Shown here in pieces: positions 31,901 to 40,500 of a stretch of 60,573 bases of DNA. This DNA comes from a virus (taxonomy: Duplodnaviria; Caudoviricetes), in IMG/VR virus record IMGVR_UViG_3300017764_000003, positions 1 to 60,573 of that record; one strand, given 5' to 3'. The notes beneath the pieces are model-generated. The model was not told the origin of the DNA. It saw only the letters and a program-made list of their open reading frames with translations, and searched no databases. Position numbers and translations under genes: made by a program. Each line of letters opens with the position of its first letter. The first letter of the stretch is position 1.

Positions 31901-33650
31901 TCTTTTGTTGCTCATTTTGATCTTCTGTAGTAGCTTGTTTTTTTCTTAAGGAATTTATTTCATTTTGTAGTTGATAAACTTTTTGTTCATCCTCAGAAAG
32001 TCTTTCTACACCATATGCAATCTCTTCAGATATTACTGCTTTTTTAATATTCTTAACAGCTTTTGCATTATTTGGATCATATATATTAATACCATTTTGT
32101 TTTGCAACTTGCTCTACTCTATTACTAACGTGATACTTTCTTGAAGCATTTTTTTCTGTCCCACTTTTATAGTTAGCAATTGCAAGTCTAGCTGATTGTT
32201 CGTCTATGTCTTTTCCAAGATTGTCTTCTATTTGATCAATAACTTCATCTACATCTTCATGATTCATCATGTTTACAAAGTAATCGCTTTTACCTTTTAA
32301 GACTTCATCTACATAACCTTTGTATACTTGCTGTTCTTTCTGCTTTAACTCTAATGATTGAGCTGCATCTATATATATAGGAGTAATTGGTTTTTCTATA
32401 GATGTTGATTCTGATTCAGCAATTTCAGGAATAAAATATTTATTGTTGTCTTGAATAATTTTTTCTAAATCTGAAGTGTTTGCTTCAGGAACAATTACAG
32501 GCTGATAATCATCTTCAGAATAATAATCTGATATTGCTTTTAATGCCTGATCTTTAGATATATTATCATCTAATGGAGTTTTACCTCCTGATATATTCAT
32601 ATATTCTAAAACATAATCGCTCTGCTTTCCTTTTTCTTTTCTAAGCTGTAGCTTTAAGTTTTCGTATTCTTTAGTTTTTGTATACTCTAAAGGGGCATTA
32701 GCCATCATTCCTACTATGCCATCATAATTAACATTCTCTTCAGTAAACTTTTTAGCTTTTGCTTTATTCAAATGTTGTTTAAGAAACTCTTCAGTATATC
32801 CATCTTTGTTCATAAGAGAGTCAGGATTTTCTCCTACAAGCTGAGTAAACTCAGACTTCCAATATGTTTCATGATCAGTAGGTTTAAGTTCTTTTCCAAA
32901 CTTACCTAAACTTGCCCAATGATATATAGGATTTCCTTCTAGGTCTAAGTGTTCTTTATTTAACTCAGGCTTTACGCCTGCTTTCCACGCACCTCTGTAG
33001 TCGTAACCTTCTTGAGTTGGTTCTTCTCCATACTGTTTAACAAACTGTTCTTTCCATGCAGTTATTGCAGGATCAGAATTCCAAGACTGTTGAAACTGAG
33101 CTTCTTCTTCGTTATTTAATAAGGTAGTATTATCAGTTGATAAAAAATTATCATTGATTTCTTTTTCTATTCTTAAGGCATCTATACCTGCTTGTTTTTT
33201 CTTTGCAGTTAATTCCTCTTCATTTAATTTTCTTTCTCTATTAAACTGACCTCTTATAGGATTAGGATCATTTACATTTACTATTCCTGAATCACTAACT
33301 GTAGATGCTGTTTGAGTTGACATACTGTCTTCTATAGCGGTACTGTCTTGTATAGCAGTAGTATCTTGTATAGTAGAATCTACAGATCCACCTACAGGTT
33401 TCATCTCAGAAAGAGGAGATGCTGTTTGAAGATCGCTATAAAAATCTAAATATTTTTTAGAGCTATCTAATAAACTTTTTTCTTTATCTCTTTTTATTGC
33501 ATCAAAGACTCTTAAGCTATATCTTCTTGATTTTAATTTTTCTTTAAATTCAGGGAAATCAACAGTTAATTCAATATCTTCTCTTTCTCCAAATCTATCA
33601 AAAATTCTTCTAGCTAAATCCTCATTCTGTATATTACTACCTAAAGACAT
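22986..33650 (-). CDS. Giant internal virion/ejection protein (3554 aa), large-polyvalent-protein-like
   Basis: Follows two smaller ejection-like genes; helical, E/K-rich linkers; C-terminal DNTFGG.NW...LLSPDW motif. Confidence 0.75.
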   Translation of the reverse strand: MSLGSNIQNEDLARRIFDRFGEREDIELTVDFPEFKEKLKSRRYSLRVFDAIKRDKEKSLLDSSKKYLDFYSDLQTASPLSEMKPVGGSVDSTIQDTTAIQDSTAIEDSMSTQTASTVSDSGIVNVNDPNPIRGQFNRERKLNEEELTAKKKQAGIDALRIEKEINDNFLSTDNTTLLNNEEEAQFQQSWNSDPAITAWKEQFVKQYGEEPTQEGYDYRGAWKAGVKPELNKEHLDLEGNPIYHWASLGKFGKELKPTDHETYWKSEFTQLVGENPDSLMNKDGYTEEFLKQHLNKAKAKKFTEENVNYDGIVGMMANAPLEYTKTKEYENLKLQLRKEKGKQSDYVLEYMNISGGKTPLDDNISKDQALKAISDYYSEDDYQPVIVPEANTSDLEKIIQDNNKYFIPEIAESESTSIEKPITPIYIDAAQSLELKQKEQQVYKGYVDEVLKGKSDYFVNMMNHEDVDEVIDQIEDNLGKDIDEQSARLAIANYKSGTEKNASRKYHVSNRVEQVAKQNGINIYDPNNAKAVKNIKKAVISEEIAYGVERLSEDEQKVYQLQNEINSLRKKQATTEDQNEQQKISIQIAKKQTEARKLKDNPRELFDVKTGKFVFAEDASDETKKYNDDINAEAIEYRKMDTDVLSTLYLDALSNVKYYEGLYNEKRNVTITLGDYMEQKVGVLQNMVVSRSASDMDKFAFREVGIRVGSKDNAIFDERIDAYKASRKRFDILNRALLTNEDPAGITIGLFDDKVREGVGGFVNTMTNSLVEQLGYKTITDDDFSKTLYTELSNAGVNLTPEQKEIAEEDISTMVAGGIGASIPIMAEIILTSVAGSPIAGATSASVRSVKALRLVRHMMKYKWGKTGEFLYAAGKSGINTSIQWSLTPSGTVGAAHGFGEGFVEGGWQYLDVANKFSGKYGKLVNTLLKSGTRAGVQTVAEFTQEYAGEFVNQVKRHGFDDIDRAFDQTFGQTSTEAEKKAAVTAIISATFAGTFEGLFHIKSAILMRNQITDPAIAAHVDKAIEQAKESLSQEQETELAEFLEGSQEGKTKIVRSKRQEELKSQDEAGIVEITSKSDRRELYINAEDQVKITYADEKLIPKILRDNAVSIATNKQGVAVVTIKGSELIKEGYAKQNAEDVIEDTQEDIAKVDKAINNRVSKFSLPKIPIMADMLPSITRAISRSKDGKPVDPISLDAAIEYLYNSYKESMFILGRNGRKQRVQRSLTSEEVLKERKEIEQTLSYLIDYKSHLGSQGSIPAPKFDSYQETEVDIDKAEKTQLSLFEDIEDSPVEEQTSPEVIPETTSKSDEQVDAEKEVTDEATSSPTEALKSEEAGEVVSEELTASQNKDLSSVKLALEDVKNKTKGKEATIRKRKAQRNIIRLLTGLSKDDITIEQATELENLLGLKESFKKKSNGKVGGTVIFNQLAKGDFTIDQLVEASKKIGLSREQSKKADKAAEAKNAAEEQATFQEQLPIKKAAFEELQGKTKIVDDLIAEEKFEEASNLTNEIEGELDKLFEEDAAKIKKTIDISRANLPAPTVEAEVEVTEETEPTAEEIQEVEETIEETVEEKTDSYVEATESFENKVKEVRSRLKKEKKKLKKGKGNKETIFSDIRKAFKLLNNSLGAGNMSQEVLQNYLDKVNGFINQGMQSNLNESITKEEQKAITEALMGAKSKILKANPNYEVTKKGDREIISETQESINAKKAEAKSLSQAKRKESKIKNGDFRLSEKQVKSRNMGDIDVGSVITLDEDVADGKVTGKRVKGKKGQEYTVTRKIKKGKGDGYFEYIFAEGNIPLTEIQETVAGEFAVKPTAPKPKAQPKAETKVEPTAPKETTAKTESIQDLVGQEITLTDDLLNNAETRTVVSVNEVKTNKRNWTRLTLDNGVVVNIPTARAMTKAYKVPKSKLGVVKETVAEETTAPKETTVAEETTTEETSDETTDIEQTTDFLAKMAEGFKKFKFTPNAEPSSVKRSKSSIKYTYKGVDTDGKGQEYEYEYSVTVLLNKDGSVSKRPTKVETNKKTETQKKTQQLEEVQENESNNIPEQTTEPTSNTAIDYIENVDEIVNGISVESNTINNGEETQVNKAKRKTNLRKLKQKLDIDQMSIILDYLGIEEKIEDKEQFIESLEEKGIFETNESTRKFLESAKKALQADASAKKEQVEKIEALETQVEETKKQEQKTNDALEKEIQKLKEEAPEISATDIGIAIDAAKILKEANHPWTEGIEGDFVEAVKTILNRINSHAKLEKDYSREFKDNWNAAKGNRNSARILAKVEDKAVQKAKLDLIKVLNKTFKTADAQLQKQTEVIEKALGNISPDQGSSYIEKGIKNMKEGISEGRSSTQIGGLKGSAKWFTGASQWVYGHAINAARNIPFYKNAIIKKYGSLTKFFANPFNVYSEAVNQTGLLFEEVGSGLGKLIDSLANSAYKVAKGKINRQKVIKIYKGLIKPMSFLTNKVIVPAAQRISKAGYIDVIADSKIQYQKVINDILNNKSIGTIADIQLSLSQTLTALYNQQAKIQEAVKEGKYSKEELQKYEHITYALNEILNDIKDMSNYNGIRGMLKAEAEPSGSRSKFFNLNSGAKTVFEKRLLRIAKDEVTKLMYSRYGNIEVRRRRLEKLARGMSEEMTEAERNALTFILDGSKSVPSKTNFKKGTVDKNEKFRNEVQYLIDNPTDAINKFKPLVKAEIEAIGKYMQNNKQLSTNVDLAASYFPHFYKIIKFDEQYKNQESFKKFVNNTLSQNAKGNKWGNYEEAIGMGFDPVTLDASKLMKLYSEGTNNFIENKNFTNSLLELTVDGNQSGAKLAYTEGSRNIPPSYKKIDNPRFRAHIFDMYKTKKQKDLFKEEEKGQWVSKYIYVHPKVYQQIQGIVGVKTFNWEQKYLEETGRSVNEISALELLNPLNDIKLEYKQKVFLALERWNNFTKKINLTMSAFHHLALTETLLSTPDSFTRGIKYGANLLKLFTGFKTDDFLIFKESESVNTELAIKHGLQVKSAPDQHLELHETLLDELEYTWDSSFKTNLNPFRKDKGVRKITNRWDDFLWDYMHNNYKLVAFQALYADAELNLSKKLDSDKITVNQYKTDLEAVGRAIAKHVDNTFGGQNWQLLSVNPKTLRLASLVLLSPDWTVSTAKQALAPFAGFSEAKIFQTLDPSGNARDYVKRLGIDVGSNNEFANKFVRKAGYRFWASVALKQYMFMNLINMATTAWFGEKDEEEQKEFEKLSFYGKLMTGRPMWKNDPDLLTGRNSLGIFIGVNPEDGKADYVHLGKQMKELPELIFNPLGRLLSKSSPLPQAVSRVLFGMSPSGYDLYDLQDDNVGNQAIRIISELGLSTTPFFLQNQIRSAFQPKYTPTETWTNRAITFFAPIKNGTNEFEVIKGFKESFEDKDPHRFADFLRVARENSIPVKSVIKRAQREYIREKEKELLDLKKDKNSLASTNPLVYLAYKNLMENQFQAFLVGTETQQGVLDVLKEDEELFKDILRKRKGASKPTVSQIKEGLYAPEYIPNLTENVKQNIDSIKNNKKFTTDLDNKNKEEELIKELRKMLLGE

Positions 33651-33687
33651 ATATTTTTTTGTTTAATTTTTTAATGAAGTTAATTAT

Positions 33688-35862
33688 CTAAAATTTTTCA
33701 ACATCTGATTCTAGTTCAGGTTCACCTGTTTCACCTTCTACAATTGGTTCACTAGAAAGGTTAGTCTTTTTCTCTGTAGCATCCATAGCCTTTAGTTGTG
33801 TATTTTGTTTAGAAACTAAAGCATCTAAAAACGATAAGCTTGATCCACCTTCTAATGGGTATTGCCAAGATATTGGTGCGTATAAAGAATTAGTATATGC
33901 AGTTTGTTCTTTAGTATTTTGGTTCAAAAATAATTGAACAAACTGTTTTTCCATTTGATCCATTCTATCTTCAGAAGAACCTTCTTTAACAGTTTTAGGA
34001 AGTTCTTGCTTAATAGGCTCTTTAACTACTCCGTATAAAATTGCTGTAGGTTTATATTTTGAATATTCTTTAGCAATATAACTCTCTCTTGTACTCTCAT
34101 CTAGCTCCGTTGCTTTTTGAGATATTTCTACCATTATATCATCTGTTAATGTTTCTCCATTACTATTTACAAAAGCTATTGTTCGTTTATTTATTATAAC
34201 TTTTTTATTACCTGATAATGTACTTTGACCATCTACTGTAAAGAATTTTGGACTAGTAACATCTTCTTCTCCACCATTTAAAGTTTTAAGAGTCATTAGA
34301 TCTTTTTCATCCATAGAATTTGGATCTTTTTCATATTCTTCTTTTAACTTATTTGAATATTCTTGAGCAGTATATTTTTTACCATCGTACTCATATTTAA
34401 TAAAATTATCAGAAAGGTTTACAGCATCGGCATCTTGAATTATACCTTTAGATGCAATAGGTGCTTCCCATGTACCATCAGAATTAGGAACTAAATTATC
34501 CATTTCTTTAAATACATTCTTTTTAATTTCACTTGAATAAGCTTTTCCATCATCTTGATAAACAATACTTCCTATAGATTTTTTAGTAGACTGATCTATT
34601 TGATCATATCCTATTCTAGCATTATTATAAACAGTACTGTCATCTTTTGTAGTCGAACTAGTAGAAGTAGGAGTTTCATAAGCTTCGTATTGCTTTATTA
34701 TTGTGCTATTAGATGAAATAGATTCTCCTAATGCTGCAGCAACATATTCTATAGATTGTTCTAACATTGCTTTATCATCTTTACGATAAACATTGCTTGA
34801 TTCAAGATAATTAGTTACTACCTTAACTATATCCTCTTTAGGATAATACTTTCTTATAAAGGATGTTAAAGCAACCTTTCCTTGATTTCCATTTAATTTA
34901 GTTTGTGTAATTAAATCTTTAAACTCTAATTTTGCATTATCAGGCAAGTCATCAAGAACAGGGCTTATAGTAGGTTTTAGTACCTTAATTGCATTATCTA
35001 ATGCAACATTTCTACTTTCATATGCTTGAAGACCTGTTCTAATTTTGGTCATCATTTCTTTTGTATAACCATTTGCTGCTTCTTCTTGGAACTTTGTAGC
35101 TAAATTAAATACATCAGTAGGAATATCAGTATTCCCATCTTTTACTTGTTCTAATATTTCTTTTGCTTTTATTTCATACTTATTAAAAAATGCAAGTTCT
35201 TGTTTAATTTTTTCTACATCTGCAGCATATTGTTGTCCTACTGACGTACTCAAATCATTTACTTTATAGAAGTTCCATCCTGTTAATTCACCATACTTTT
35301 CAATTATATTTTTTCTTCTATTATCTATATGTGATTGAAATTGTTCAGGTGCTTTAAATTTTAATTTTTCAATTGCAGTTTTACTTGCTTTAGATCTTGC
35401 TTTAGCAGCTTTAGTCAACTGTGATGCTCTTTTCATTATTATGTTAGCAGGAGTTACTGCAGCAGGTGCAGCAAATATTGGCACATTACCAATAACTTTA
35501 CCTGAATATGTTCCAACTCTAACAGGTTGATTTGTAATTAAATTCTGTTGACTAGCAGGAAGGATGCTTGAATCTTCAAATTGTTTATCAAAATCAGAAG
35601 ATTCACTTCCTTTAATAGCAGCCATAATATTTCTTACTTGATCTATTTGATCATCACTTAAGTCTGCATTCATTAATTCATCCTCAGATGCATTAAGATT
35701 TCTAACTTCCTCTGCTGTTAATTCACTAGAAGCAGTATTGTTACCTGCTGCATTTGCTGCATCAGCGACTGCTTTAACTTGAAGTGAGTTTACTACTCCT
35801 TTATCTCCTAATGAAGAGTTTTCATCTTGATTAAACCCATCTAACTTACTTCCTATTGCCAT
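33688..35862 (-). CDS. Putative internal virion/ejection protein
   Basis: Position and helical composition. Confidence 0.6.
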   Translation of the reverse strand: MAIGSKLDGFNQDENSSLGDKGVVNSLQVKAVADAANAAGNNTASSELTAEEVRNLNASEDELMNADLSDDQIDQVRNIMAAIKGSESSDFDKQFEDSSILPASQQNLITNQPVRVGTYSGKVIGNVPIFAAPAAVTPANIIMKRASQLTKAAKARSKASKTAIEKLKFKAPEQFQSHIDNRRKNIIEKYGELTGWNFYKVNDLSTSVGQQYAADVEKIKQELAFFNKYEIKAKEILEQVKDGNTDIPTDVFNLATKFQEEAANGYTKEMMTKIRTGLQAYESRNVALDNAIKVLKPTISPVLDDLPDNAKLEFKDLITQTKLNGNQGKVALTSFIRKYYPKEDIVKVVTNYLESSNVYRKDDKAMLEQSIEYVAAALGESISSNSTIIKQYEAYETPTSTSSTTKDDSTVYNNARIGYDQIDQSTKKSIGSIVYQDDGKAYSSEIKKNVFKEMDNLVPNSDGTWEAPIASKGIIQDADAVNLSDNFIKYEYDGKKYTAQEYSNKLKEEYEKDPNSMDEKDLMTLKTLNGGEEDVTSPKFFTVDGQSTLSGNKKVIINKRTIAFVNSNGETLTDDIMVEISQKATELDESTRESYIAKEYSKYKPTAILYGVVKEPIKQELPKTVKEGSSEDRMDQMEKQFVQLFLNQNTKEQTAYTNSLYAPISWQYPLEGGSSLSFLDALVSKQNTQLKAMDATEKKTNLSSEPIVEGETGEPELESDVEKF

Positions 35863-35876
35863 TGTTTTATATTTTA

Positions 35877-36464
35877 TTATACTCCTAAAAACTTAAGAGC
35901 AGTTTTTAACATTGCCATCTTATCTCCTGCACCATCTCCTCCTTTAGATTGCACTCCATATGAAAGAGCAGCTTGACTATTTTGGTTAAATCCTTTTTGT
36001 AACTGAGCAGCTTGAGCTTCTTCCTTAGTTTGTTTTAGAATTCCTAATTCTAATTTTCTATTACTTATTGTATCAGCTAATCCACTACTTAGCTTTCCTG
36101 CTTCAACACCTTTATCTCTTGTATTTGAACCTATTTTCCTTAGAACATCTCCTATAGCTGCAGTATTTTTAGCATTACCTCCAATAGCTACACCTACTTC
36201 ACCTCCTGACATTCTAGCAGAACTTTGACTTTGTTGTTTTAAAATAGAATTTAATCTTTCCTGATCTGTTTTAGCTACTGCTCCTGTTTCAAAAGCTTTT
36301 TGTTGTCTTCTTAATCTAGCTAATTCTAGTCTTTGTTGCGGATCTTCTACAGGACTTTCTAATGAATCTGCTTTTCTTCTTTTATATGCAGCCATACCCC
36401 CTTGGACTAGTTCTGTTGTTCCTGATATTGCTGCTGCAATTGCTGCTGCTGATGCTAATGGCAT
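35877..36464 (-). CDS. Putative ejection (pilot) protein
   Basis: Ala/Gly-rich N-terminus, Gln-rich helices. Confidence 0.6.
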   Translation of the reverse strand: MPLASAAAIAAAISGTTELVQGGMAAYKRRKADSLESPVEDPQQRLELARLRRQQKAFETGAVAKTDQERLNSILKQQSQSSARMSGGEVGVAIGGNAKNTAAIGDVLRKIGSNTRDKGVEAGKLSSGLADTISNRKLELGILKQTKEEAQAAQLQKGFNQNSQAALSYGVQSKGGDGAGDKMAMLKTALKFLGV

Positions 36465-36979
36465 AACTCTATATTTTTAACTGCGTTATTAAATTTTTCT
36501 TCCCTATTGTTTATCTTTAAAAATTCGACAACTTTTTTTATTTCTTTTTCAGGATCAGATATCATGTCTTCAAAATTAATGAAAATTGTCGAAATTTCTT
36601 TACACATCATATTTATGATTTCATAATTAATATCATACGCAAAAGATGGATCAACGGATTCATTAAGAGCTTTATATACTTCAGTTGTACTTTTAACAGC
36701 ATCTTCTTTATTCCTAACCATTACAATCATTTTCGAAATTAAACTTATATCAAAAAGAGAAAGTGCAGCACCAAAAACTTTTAATGCCTTACCGTAATGT
36801 TCTTTTTTTATTTTTAATAAATCTTCTAGTTCTAATTCATAAAACCCTTTACGATTGTATTTTATTATATTAGAATGACCTTCTATAAAAGCAGGAGCAA
36901 CCATAGGGATTCCTAACTCTTTTAAGGTCTGCATCATCATTGATGTTCCTGTTCTTGAACTTCCTGAAACAACTATCAT
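36455..36979 (-). CDS. Sulfotransferase-family protein
   Basis: VVSGSSRTGTSMMMQ.L PAPS-binding loop, N.KGFYE, MVRN..D...S, FEDMI.DP. Confidence 0.8.
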   Translation of the reverse strand: MIVVSGSSRTGTSMMMQTLKELGIPMVAPAFIEGHSNIIKYNRKGFYELELEDLLKIKKEHYGKALKVFGAALSLFDISLISKMIVMVRNKEDAVKSTTEVYKALNESVDPSFAYDINYEIINMMCKEISTIFINFEDMISDPEKEIKKVVEFLKINNREEKFNNAVKNIELCH

Positions 36980-36983
36980 ATCA

Positions 36984-37523
36984 TTAACTTAAAAGTTTAT
37001 ATTGTACTTGTACGTCTACTAATGTGAATTCTGTTTCATCAGAATGTTTTATTTCGTATAACAATACTCTTGATTGAACTCTATTTCCATTGTCATTTCT
37101 TCTAGGAATGTATTGTTCATAACCAAGATAATTTTTTAATTGTGATTTTAATATAACTCCTTTTATATCTCCTGATTCATATTGATCAAAAGATGTATAG
37201 AAGTTTATTTCATCAGGTTTATAGTCTGAGTTAACTCTAATTCTTAAAAACTCTTTATCATTAATCTGTTTAGGTGCTATTGATGTTAATACTTTTGCAA
37301 CTACATCTTGTCCTGATATCTTAGTTCCTTCATTTAAAGTGTATGTATTACCGTTCTTCATGCCATATATACTGCTATCATCTTTAAGTATATACTTGTC
37401 GAAGTTATAACTAAAAGTTCCAACCCAAGACTGACTAAGTTCGCTATAAGCAAATGTGCAGCAGGTCTGTTCTCCTTCAACAGGAAAAGCACAATTAGAT
37501 AATTTAAATATTGTTTCAGCCAT
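36984..37523 (-). CDS. Tail stabilization/nozzle protein, C-terminal part
   Basis: FAYSE...W.GTFSY and K.F..I...S...R...R.L pattern. Confidence 0.55.
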   Translation of the reverse strand: MAETIFKLSNCAFPVEGEQTCCTFAYSELSQSWVGTFSYNFDKYILKDDSSIYGMKNGNTYTLNEGTKISGQDVVAKVLTSIAPKQINDKEFLRIRVNSDYKPDEINFYTSFDQYESGDIKGVILKSQLKNYLGYEQYIPRRNDNGNRVQSRVLLYEIKHSDETEFTLVDVQVQYKLLS

Positions 37524-37536
37524 AATTATTTATTTA

Positions 37537-40500
37537 CTAAGCAGCACCACCGCCACCATCAACTTGTTCAACTACTAACGGCTCAATACATTTACAGCTT
37601 TTAGGAGTAATGGTTTCTTGATCTTGAGCATTATTATAACGAGCAGTTATACTTTCGCTTCCTTCAGCTACACAAATCTTAAAGTTTTTTGGCGTAAGGT
37701 TATTAAATGATTGTCCTCCAAATAATAAAGTTACTCCTGTATCATTTGTTGTTAAAATTAAAACATCACCTTCAGCTACTCCAATTGTGTCATTACTAAA
37801 ATATGTTTGCCCATTAGTAAAACTAGAGTCTATTAAATCTATTCCCTTTGGTTGAGCATATAATGTTTCAGAAATTTTAGCTTGTTCATATTCTGATGAA
37901 GGACACTTTATGTTTAGCCAATACTCTTTATGCTTAGAATTATAAGTACCTGTTAATTTAGTTTCAAATCCATCTTCTATATTTTTTAATTCAGGATTTA
38001 ATCTAGAATAATAATTTTGTCTACCTAAATCTAAAACAGTATCATTAAACAATTTATATACTGTGTCTTTGTTTGCCCAATAAATAGATGAGTCTGATTC
38101 TGCTGCAGTCCTCCACATTTCATCAGGCATTCCAATATTCTTTTTAATCCAAACTTGTTTTTGAACTCCTTGACTTTCTGTTCCAATAACAGCTAATTCA
38201 GATCCTGATACTTGAGACAATAATCTTTTATTTGTTACTAATAAACAGATTCCTGATTCTGTAAACGCATACAAGTTATTTCCTTTTTCCCCTTCAGTAT
38301 CATATGCATATTTAATTTCACCTGTTTCATCAGATAAATCAAAAATATTTAATGCTCCAAAAGTTCTTAAATTAGGAGAGTCGCTAACATTAATAGGCTT
38401 AATATCTGACCAAATAATTCTAGTACAGAAATCTGTTTTAGCTTCAAATGCTGATGGCGTTGATGAATATGAATGAAATGTATTTTCAGCAGCGTAGTCT
38501 TGATTTACTACAGATCTATATCTAAAACCTCCATAGTTCCAATAAGTATCTTCTTCTCCTAGTTCATTGTAATATTCTTCAAATACATTTCTTTGCTCTC
38601 CAATAGATTCATTTTGCCATTTATATGGTCTAGCTCTATGATGTACTAATGGATAAAATTGATCTAATGCATTAGGAGAATCAGGATTCATGTACTGACT
38701 ATGTAGCGGTGTTCTGCTTTGAGATATATACATAAGAAGCCATTGCCTTACTCTCATAGAGTTTATGTTTCCTATTGTAGCTACGTTTGAATTCTGAATT
38801 TCATTTGATCCCCCTGTGTTATTTACTATATAATTTCTAGGAGTTATTTCCCACTTATGTTGTGGCATACCAATACTTAACGCAAGATCTAAATCTTTTG
38901 GCTTACTATCATTTTTATATTCAATGTCTACCCATCCTACTGTAGCTTCACTACTAAAAGAATCTCCACCATATATTGATAAAGGGATTCTATCATCATA
39001 CTTAACATATATTATAGAACCTTTAGAAGGTATATAAATATTTGCATCATAGTTGCTAAGTGATATTCCTTTATCTGTAATTGTTGTAGAATCAAAGACT
39101 AAGCTAGGCTTTTGATTTTTATAGTTTTGACCATTCCATTTATGTGAGTAAACTCCATAAACTTTTACTGTAGTTAAAGAAGATGGATCAAGAGTAACTT
39201 CAGCATAACCATTAGATTTTATAGCATTTAGTATTGCTTCTGCAGGAGTTATTGTTTTAGTAGTAATATCTAGCCATCTTTTTTGTGTAGTTGTTCCTTG
39301 CTCTGTTACATAAACAAACTTATTATAATCATGATAGTTTTTAGTTTGACCACTAATTCTAGTTCCGTTAGCGTAATCACCATCGTTGTTCCAAACAATA
39401 TCTGTAATACAGTCTTCCCATCTTTCATCAACAAGTTGCTCTGTAAACCCTACTCCTTTAGATAAGTAGAAAGCAGAATTCATTTGTTGTGTGTGACCTG
39501 TGCTTATATATTGAGTTGACTCTCCTTGAGATGGCTCATTGTTTTCTTTTATAATAGAAGCTATATAATAAGGTTCATGGAAATTTTTTGTTCCACTATC
39601 ACTCATATGCTTAAGACCTGTTCCACCAAAAGAAGCGTTATATAAATTATTATCAAGCTCTACTGTCCAATAGTGACCGCCTCTATTTCCTGAAATTTCT
39701 GATGATCCTGATACATATTTAAAAGATTTAATATTAAAAGTTCTTTTATTATTATTCCAAACAGTAGATGCATTATTATCAGGGTTTCTCCATCTTCCAA
39801 ACGCAACGTATCTAAAAGAAGAATCAGATATTGGCATATCAGAATCATCATTAGGTAAATACCATTTAGTCCCTGAAGGCTTTTGGTCTTTTTGCATATA
39901 AGCAAAACTAATTAAATCAGCTCCTTCATCTTTACCGTTTGATTTATTAATCGTATATATTTCTGTATTAAATCCTACAGGAGATTGTAACACTAGCTTA
40001 TACTCTAATGAAGATGATTGCTCTACGTTAGTTGCTAGATTGCTAAACAATCCATTTGTTGTATCAAAATCTGCACTATAAAAAGTACATATATTTTTTT
40101 CTTTACTTGTATTCTCTCTTTGTTTATAAGCTGAGTCTATACTATACCAAACTAAACCTTCTGCTAAAACTCTCATTGCTGCTTTAGTTCTAACAATAGA
40201 AAAAGATGATGCCCAAGAAGGAGCGTTAATTTTATCTATAGCTAGCCCCATTGCATAAAAGTCATTAGCAAACATATAGTTTTCTTGCCATAGGTTATAG
40301 TCATTATTGCTATACCAAGTTTGTCTATGAGGATTATGATGATGTCCATTACCTGTATTAGCATCATTAATATCTCCAAGCTGTTGTGGCTTTAAAATAG
40401 CGTATGGAGGCTTGTATACTGTACAAGCTTTTGATGTAACATAGTTAAATCTAGAGTCAGGTAAGTCACTTGATTTAGTACATCCTCCACCTGTAGCCCA

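Noticed and set aside
22986-33650. Virion RNA polymerase as in crAss-like or N4 phages
   Set aside because: No catalytic DFDxD motif seen; GFDDID is not a match in context; host-type promoters are present
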